From Archangium sp. (GTDB lineage: Bacteria; Myxococcota; Myxococcia; Myxococcales; Myxococcaceae), in NCBI GenBank assembly GCA_031367385.1, contig JANLPS010000071.1, positions 1-10,746 of the forward strand: 10,746 nt of DNA, written 5' to 3'. A program made the translations under genes and the position numbers. The stretch's first letter is position 1. The number at the start of each line of letters is the position of its first letter. Positions 5,403 to 10,746 of this stretch are shown here, one piece after another. The notes under the pieces are model-generated. The model was given only the letters and a program-made list of their open reading frames with translations, searched no databases and was not told the origin of the DNA.

Positions 5403-7727
5403 GTGTTCTCAGCCCTCGCGCTCGCGCTCTTCACTGCTGCCGCTCCTGCCCCCAAGAACGTCTACGTGGGCATGTACCTCTCAGACGTCTCTGACTTCGA
5501 TCTGAAGGCGGGCCGCTTCAAGGCTGACCTGCACGTGTGGGTGAAGTGGCTTGGTGACGAGAAGCAGGTGCCGGCGATCAGCTTCGAGAACGGAGAGCTC
5601 GACGAAAAGCAGGAGCTCGGTGTTGAAAGCGAAGGCGCCTGGCACTCGATGCAGTGGCGGGTGCAAGGCACGTTTCGCGGCGAGTTTCCGGTGCACGCCT
5701 TCCCCTTCGATCGACAGACGCTGCCGATCATCTTCGGGCTCAACGAAGATCTGGGTCGTCTGGTGCCCGACCTCGGCGCGTCTGGCATGAGCCCCCGCTT
5801 TTCAGTGAGCGGGTGGTCATACGAGCCGTACTTCTCGGCACGGGCCGAAGAGCGGGTCTATCGCTCTGATTTGGGCAGCGTGTGGCGTGAGGGCAAGAAC
5901 GCGAAGCAGCGGCTGACGACGTTCTCGGTCGAGATGCGAAGGCCCTTCGGCCCCTATCTGATCAAGTTCGCGCTGCCGCTGGTGCTCTTGCTGTTGATGG
6001 CATTGCTCGCCCTGTTTCTACCCCCGGAGCGCCTCGACGTGCGCTCGGCAATGGGCATCACCGCGCTGCTGTCGTGCATCGCATTTCACTACACGCAGGC
6101 CGACACGCTGCCCAACGTCACCTACCTCGTGGCGGCCGACAAACTGTTTCTCGGTTCGTATGTGTTCGTCGCGAGCACGTTGCTGATCAGCATCATCGCC
6201 TTTCGTTTCAGCGAGCGACGGCCCGAAGCGGCACGCAGAGCCGACCAGGTCGGGTTGTGGATGTTGCCGGCGTTGACGCTGCTGGGGCTCATCAGCCTCT
6301 TCGCTGGCGTGGTGCTCTCGCACGAGTCGATCGTCGAGCCGGGCGCGCCGATCAACCCGCACCTTGCAGAGCCTCTGCTGCGGGTGGCGGTGACCTCGCT
6401 CGATACGCTCGGCGGTGGTGGGCAGTTGCCGGCGCGGGCGGCGCAGCTCGTCGTGCGTGGAGCAGACGGCGCGTTCAAACCCGTGCTCGCGCAAGAAGCG
6501 CCATCGATGACCAACCCGTCGGTTCGCCTGCTGCCCAATGGAGGCATGCGCATTCGGTGGAAGCTCAGGCCGGAGGCCCAGTGGAGCGATGGCACGCGCA
6601 TCACGGCCGATGACCTCCTCTTTTCGCTCGGCCTGACCGCTGACCCACTCCGCAACGACGTCGAGCGCATCGACGATCGCACCATCGACGTCACCTACAC
6701 CGAGCGGCACAATGACGCGCTCGGTGGCTTCTCGGTCTTCCCCAAGAGCGCGGCCTCGCTTGCACTCGACGGGGGCCGCGAGGCACTCACGCGAGCCATT
6801 GGCGAAGGGGCGTTGCTCACCGCCGGTGCGTACACCTCGACAGCGTTCGAACCGGGCAAACGCGCGACCTTCGTTCACAACGATCGCTTCGCCGGAATGA
6901 AGCCGGTCTTCGAGAAGCTCGAGGTTCACCTGATGTCTCCACTCGAGGGTGCGAAGGCGCTCGTCGCAGGCGAGGTCGATGTGCTGAGCAGTCTGACCTC
7001 GGAGAGCTACGAGCTCTTGAAGGCCGAGAAGACAGTGCGGGTGCTGGAGCAACCCGGAGACATGCTCTGGGTGTTGGTGCCGAACCTCTCGTCGCTCCCG
7101 TGGTCGTCGCTCGAGAACCGCAGCGCGCTGCTCACCTCGCTTGACCGCGACGCGATGGCGAGGCTGCTCAAACCAGCGCCGGCACGGGTTGCTTTTGGCT
7201 GGCGAGAGAGCCCGCCCTACCCGCTTCCGCCCGCAGCGACGTTGGCGCACCAGTCGGTGAAGCTGTTCATCTCACCGGTGCAATCGAAGAGCGATCTGCA
7301 AGCCCGCCTCGCCGCGCAGATCACCCAAGACCTCGCGAAGATCGGCATCACGGTCGAGCTGGTCGAGCAGCCCGACGTGTTTGAAGCGGTGCAGCGCGGT
7401 GACTTCGAGGGGCTCGCGCTCCTCAACCGCGACACGTCAGACGTCACCCAGTTTCTCAACGTGCGCGACGTGTCAAAAACCTCGGGAGCCCACTACGACG
7501 AAGAGATGGTCGAGCGGGTCGAAGCAATTCAAGGTTCGCTCTACGTCGAACGGCGACGGGCCCTCGAGCTCGAGCTCCAAGAGGCCTGGTTCAAGCGACT
7601 GCCGATGCTGCCCCTGGTGCTCACCTCGCGACTCGCGGCGGTGCGGGCAGACCTCAAGGGGCCCGACTGGGGCGTGGCCGATTCACTGTGGTGGAACGTG
7701 TCGGAGTGGCATCTTCAGGCGCGTTAG
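5403..7727 (+). CDS. Prokaryotic pentameric ligand-gated ion channel (Pro-loop receptor) fused to a C-terminal family-5 ABC-type peptide/nickel solute-binding domain, ~774 aa
   Basis: Short signal peptide (M)FSALALALFTAAAP. ECD beta1-2 VYVGMYLSDVSDFDLKAGRFKADLHVWVKW. Pro-loop FPFDRQ (5700-5717). Pre-M1 RR and M1 YLIKFALPLVLLLLMALLALFLP; M2 RSAMGITALLSCIAFH; M2-M3 loop LPNVTYLVAAD; M3; M4 ending near 6317. Then SBP5 hallmarks PVLAQEAP, WKLRPEAQWSDGTRITADDLLFS, GAY..TAFEPGK, AGEVDV, R.ALLTSLDR, LAKIGITVEL, LPMLPL and terminal WNVSEW. Alternative start is ATG 5370; the ORF-track start at 5295 overlaps the divergent gene. Confidence 0.88.
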   Translation: MFSALALALFTAAAPAPKNVYVGMYLSDVSDFDLKAGRFKADLHVWVKWLGDEKQVPAISFENGELDEKQELGVESEGAWHSMQWRVQGTFRGEFPVHAFPFDRQTLPIIFGLNEDLGRLVPDLGASGMSPRFSVSGWSYEPYFSARAEERVYRSDLGSVWREGKNAKQRLTTFSVEMRRPFGPYLIKFALPLVLLLLMALLALFLPPERLDVRSAMGITALLSCIAFHYTQADTLPNVTYLVAADKLFLGSYVFVASTLLISIIAFRFSERRPEAARRADQVGLWMLPALTLLGLISLFAGVVLSHESIVEPGAPINPHLAEPLLRVAVTSLDTLGGGGQLPARAAQLVVRGADGAFKPVLAQEAPSMTNPSVRLLPNGGMRIRWKLRPEAQWSDGTRITADDLLFSLGLTADPLRNDVERIDDRTIDVTYTERHNDALGGFSVFPKSAASLALDGGREALTRAIGEGALLTAGAYTSTAFEPGKRATFVHNDRFAGMKPVFEKLEVHLMSPLEGAKALVAGEVDVLSSLTSESYELLKAEKTVRVLEQPGDMLWVLVPNLSSLPWSSLENRSALLTSLDRDAMARLLKPAPARVAFGWRESPPYPLPPAATLAHQSVKLFISPVQSKSDLQARLAAQITQDLAKIGITVELVEQPDVFEAVQRGDFEGLALLNRDTSDVTQFLNVRDVSKTSGAHYDEEMVERVEAIQGSLYVERRRALELELQEAWFKRLPMLPLVLTSRLAAVRADLKGPDWGVADSLWWNVSEWHLQAR

Positions 7728-7806
7728 CGTCACGGCGCGCTGCCGATCATTCTCGTCGGCCAACGCCTACATGGTCGGCAAACACCTACTCGGTTCATTG
7801 ACGAGG

Positions 7807-7841
7807 GAAGGGCAAGCCCTTCGCGACCAGAATGGTACTTT
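7807..7841 (+). promoter_or_regulatory. Possible promoter/operator upstream of the AgmC-like gene
   Basis: Perfect inverted repeat GAAGGGC-AA-GCCCTTC (7807-7822) lies where a -35 would be, relative to an extended -10-like TG-G-TACTTT (7833-7841). GGGGT RBS-like sequence at 7866-7870. Confidence 0.3.
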
Positions 7842-7876
7842 CCCGGGCTTCGTCGAAACCTTGTTGGGGTGTCTCA

Positions 7877-10648
7877 ATGCGTTCTGCTCAGCCCTTCGTC
7901 GCCGCCGCGCGGCTTCTCACCGCGGTCACCCTCCTGACGGCCTCGGCCTCGTTCGGAGCGGCCGACACGTTCGGTCTGGGCGACGGCCACTCGAATTCAT
8001 TCACCGCGCTCACCGCCATCGACGTGGTCAACGCGTACGCTCCGCTCACGGTTACGGCCGCCGCGGCGACTTCTTCGCTCACCGTCGGGGCCACCACCGG
8101 CAGCGGCGCCTTCGCTGCGAACGATCTGGTCATGCTGTGGCAGGTCGCCGGGCACTCGGGAGCAGTCAGCGGCAATCAAACGGCGATCGACCTCACCGCC
8201 GGCGTCGCGGCGACGCACTTCGAATTGGGCCGAGTGCTCAGCGTGGCAGCGGGCAACATCACCTTGACCGCGCCCCTGCTCACAACCTTCACCGGCGGCG
8301 TCACCCAGGTCGTTCGCGTGCCCGAATTCACCACCGTGACCATCGCCTCGGGCCTCGGCATCACCGCCCCCGCGTGGAACGGCACGACCGGCGGCATCGT
8401 GGCGTTTCTCTCGCTCAACGGCATCGCGAGCGCGGGCACCATCGACGTCTCAGGCAAAGGCTTCAGGGCAGGCATCATCGCGGGCCTCGACGGCAACTCG
8501 AATTGCCTCGGGAATGACGGTGCGCCCCCCCAGTGGTCGACCAAGGGCGAGGGCATTCAAGCGCCCGCCTCGGCCGCAGTCAGCGGAGGCATGGGCAACC
8601 TCGCCAACGCCGGCGGTGGCGGCAACTGTCACAACGCTGGTGGCGCGGGTGGCGGCAGCCGAGGCCAGGGCGGCAACGGCGGCGGTCGCTGGTCTGACAA
8701 CGCAGACTTCGGTGGGCGCGGCGGCTCGTCAATTTTGTTGGGCCTCAAACAATTGCTGCTCGGCGGTGGCGGCGGCGCAGGCCACGTCAACCAATCGGTG
8801 GGCACCAACGGCTCGGGCGCTCCGGGCGGCGGCGTCATCTTCATTCGCGCAAGCACGATCACCGGTATCAGCGCCGTGAACGGCACGCTGGTGGCGAACG
8901 GCACGGGCGCAATCACGAACCCCGAGCAGTGCGACCCGGCCGGCGGTGGCGGCGGTGGCGGCACCATCCATTTGCGCGTGTCAGGCTCGGTCGCGATCGC
9001 GTCGACGCAGGCCAGCGGCGGTAAGGGCGGCGATCACAACGGCACCTGCGCTCAATTTCAGACTCAGGCCCAAGGTGTCGGCGGCGGCGGTGCGGCGGGT
9101 ACGGTCTTGTGCCAAGTCGGTTCTGGCTCGTGCAACACGACCGCGGTCGGTGGGGTCGCGGGTACCGCGGCAGGCGTCTCGAGCATTCGCGCACAGCCAG
9201 GCGGCGCCGCGCCGATCGTCGTGCCCCCCACTGGAGGCTTTTTCGTGGCCACCGTCACGGCCCCGACCGCGGGGAGCGCGACCACGAATCAACAGCCCAC
9301 GCTCACGACCTCGGGAGACCCGAACGTCACCGTTTTCATCTTCGTCGACGGCGTTCAAGTATGCACCGGCACCTCGAACGCCTCGGGCGTCTTCAGCTGC
9401 ACGCCTGCGAGCACCTTGAGCTACGCGACGCACTCGGTCACCGCGCAAGAGTCACCCACCAGCAGCCTCGCGCAGGCCGGGCCGGTCTCGGCGGCGGTGA
9501 GCTTCACCATTGCCCCTACGCCAGTCGTGACCGTGTCAGCGCCAGCAGTGATCAACTCCGCCAACGCGGCCGCCTACCCGGTCAGCGGCACCTGTACGAA
9601 CTTCGCCGGCACCGTGAGCGTCTCGGTCGGCGTGGTGTCGGGTCCCACGGCCTGCGTCGCGGGCGCCTTCTCGACCACGCTCAATGTCTCGGCGCTGGTC
9701 GACGGCATCAACATCACGGTCGGCGCGAGCCAGACCGACGCCGTGGGCACCGGCAGCGACTCGAAGACGACTCGAAAAGACACGGTCGTCACAGCTCCTC
9801 TGATCTCGACGCCGCTTGCAGGCACGCAGGTCGCGCCCAACCCGAACATCACCGGCACCAGCGAAGCCTTGGCCACGGTCACCGTTCGAGACACCACGTC
9901 GATGGCCGTCATCTGCAGCACCACCGCCGACAACCTCGGTGCCTGGTCATGCGCCACCACGCTCGGAGCTGGCACCTCAACTGTCGCGGCCATGCAGACC
10001 GATACCGCCGGCAACGTGTCGACAGATTCGCTCTCACGCACCTTCACGGTCGTGGTCGCTCCCACTGTCACGGTCGACGTTCCCGCGGTCATCAACGCGG
10101 CGAACGCGGCGGCCTACCCTGTCAGCGGCACCTGCACGACGGGCGCCGGCAACGTGATCTTCTCAGTGGGTATCATCTTCGGCACGTCGCCCTGCGCCGC
10201 CGGTACCTACGCGGGCACGCTCAACGTCTCGGCGCTCCCTGACGGCATCGGCATCACCGTAGGTGCCTCGCAGACCAACGTGGCTGGCACGGGCAGCGAC
10301 TCGAAGACCACGCGCAAAGACACCGTCGTGCTGCCTCCCGCGATTCTGGTGCCCGCGAACGGCGCCGATGTCGCCGCCAACCCGACGATCAGCGGCACCA
10401 GTGAGGCCTCGGCCACGGTCACCGTTCGCGACGCGTCGATGGCCGTCGTGTGCATCGCCACCGCGAATGGCAGCGGCGCCTGGAGCTGCTCGACCACCCT
10501 CGGCGTCGGCTCGTACAGCGTCACCGCCACCCAGGTCGACACCGCGCTCAACCCGTCGGCCGCGTCGGGAGTGACCAGCTTCCGGGTCGTGGCTCCTCCG
10601 ACTGTCACCCACGCGATCCGTATCGGGCCCTATGACGCAAGCGCTTGA
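7877..10648 (+). CDS. agmC: AgmC-like (adventurous gliding motility protein AgmC N-terminal domain family) Gly-rich secreted protein with bacterial Ig-like repeats, ~923 aa, probably C-terminally truncated
   Basis: Signal peptide MRSAQPFVAAARLLTAVTLLTASASFG. Family-typical motifs DTFGLGDG, VVNAYAPL, FAANDLVMLWQ, ITLTAPL, TQVVRVPEFTTVTI, WNGTTGGIVAF, GKGFRAG, KGEG and NAGGGGNCHNAGGAGGG. Then five Ig-like domains (PTL.../PNITGTSEA..TVTV...GAWSC...QTDTAGN.S). The symbol denotes family resemblance, not demonstrated orthology. Confidence 0.8.
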   Translation: MRSAQPFVAAARLLTAVTLLTASASFGAADTFGLGDGHSNSFTALTAIDVVNAYAPLTVTAAAATSSLTVGATTGSGAFAANDLVMLWQVAGHSGAVSGNQTAIDLTAGVAATHFELGRVLSVAAGNITLTAPLLTTFTGGVTQVVRVPEFTTVTIASGLGITAPAWNGTTGGIVAFLSLNGIASAGTIDVSGKGFRAGIIAGLDGNSNCLGNDGAPPQWSTKGEGIQAPASAAVSGGMGNLANAGGGGNCHNAGGAGGGSRGQGGNGGGRWSDNADFGGRGGSSILLGLKQLLLGGGGGAGHVNQSVGTNGSGAPGGGVIFIRASTITGISAVNGTLVANGTGAITNPEQCDPAGGGGGGGTIHLRVSGSVAIASTQASGGKGGDHNGTCAQFQTQAQGVGGGGAAGTVLCQVGSGSCNTTAVGGVAGTAAGVSSIRAQPGGAAPIVVPPTGGFFVATVTAPTAGSATTNQQPTLTTSGDPNVTVFIFVDGVQVCTGTSNASGVFSCTPASTLSYATHSVTAQESPTSSLAQAGPVSAAVSFTIAPTPVVTVSAPAVINSANAAAYPVSGTCTNFAGTVSVSVGVVSGPTACVAGAFSTTLNVSALVDGINITVGASQTDAVGTGSDSKTTRKDTVVTAPLISTPLAGTQVAPNPNITGTSEALATVTVRDTTSMAVICSTTADNLGAWSCATTLGAGTSTVAAMQTDTAGNVSTDSLSRTFTVVVAPTVTVDVPAVINAANAAAYPVSGTCTTGAGNVIFSVGIIFGTSPCAAGTYAGTLNVSALPDGIGITVGASQTNVAGTGSDSKTTRKDTVVLPPAILVPANGADVAANPTISGTSEASATVTVRDASMAVVCIATANGSGAWSCSTTLGVGSYSVTATQVDTALNPSAASGVTSFRVVAPPTVTHAIRIGPYDASA
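9521..10609 (+). repeat. Tandem duplication of a two-Ig-domain unit (540 nt and 537 nt) plus a 4-codon stub of a third unit
   Basis: GTCAGCGGCACCTG at 9581 and 10121; TCGAAGAC at 9761 and 10301. Unit starts are PVVTV (9521), PTVTV (10061) and PTVT (10598). Unit 2 is one codon shorter (DTTSM vs DASM). Confidence 0.9.
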
Positions 10649-10746
10649 GGGGGCTGATCGGCAAGCATCGGCTTGATCGCGGCACCTCCGATGAATTGAA
10701 GGTCGAGAGTGGTGCCGAGCGACAGTGCGTTCCACGCGAGTCGTTG
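10630..10746 (-). CDS. Possible 3' end of a convergent gene entering from the right edge (hypothetical protein)
   Basis: The minus frame is open from the window edge to a TAG at 10632-10630: ...QRLAWNALSLGTTLDLQFIGGAAIKPMLADQPPQALAS*. Composition is protein-like, but only 38 codons are visible. Confidence 0.35.
   Translation of the reverse strand, partial: QRLAWNALSLGTTLDLQFIGGAAIKPMLADQPPQALAS

Noticed and set aside
6018..7250. 410-aa minus-strand ORF, and similar long alternative-frame ORFs (3363-4112, 7381-8517, 9109-10242)
   Set aside because: These are Arg-rich frames lacking stops because of GC bias; they overlap genes with clear family motifs.
6370..7727. Reading the SBP region as part of an ordinary ABC peptide-transport operon
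   Set aside because: It is in frame with the channel, has no stop or signal peptide of its own, and no permease or ATPase genes follow it in the window.
7742..7760. Hairpin GCCGA-N9-TCGGC just after the channel stop, as a terminator
   Set aside because: The stem is short and has no U-tract, so it cannot be supported as an intrinsic terminator.
7787..7830. GGCAAAC motif reminiscent of a c-di-GMP-I (GEMM) riboswitch upstream of a surface/motility gene
   Set aside because: The following GNRA-capped stem and the GACGCAAAGC segment of the consensus are absent.

Overview
GC-rich bacterial DNA, most likely Myxococcota, judging from an AgmC-type N-terminal domain, a DAG-repeat lipoprotein linker and a stand-alone STAS/SEC14-like protein. 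I find five well-supported genes and possibly the 3' end of a sixth. (1) <1-2937 (-): a lipoprotein of at least 979 aa with a Gly/DAG linker and 10 or more Cys-containing divergent InlB B-repeats; the ORF track misses it because it runs off the left edge. (2) 3415-4938 (+): a transglutaminase-elicitor (GP42-like) family protein with an atypical active-site motif and no signal peptide. (3) 4947-5369 (-): a STAS/SEC14 (SpoIIAA-like) protein. (4) ~5403-7727 (+): the most striking element, a complete prokaryotic pentameric ligand-gated ion channel (Pro-loop/Cys-loop receptor homologue, ECD + M1-M4) fused after M4 to a family-5 ABC-type peptide/nickel solute-binding domain. (5) 7877-10648 (+): an AgmC-like Gly-rich, Ig-repeat surface protein that appears truncated at the start of a third tandem repeat. 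Genes 3 and 4 are divergent across only ~33 bp that look like a bidirectional, leaderless promoter. No RNA genes, CRISPR arrays or mobile elements were seen. All family assignments come from motif recognition by eye; no searches were run.
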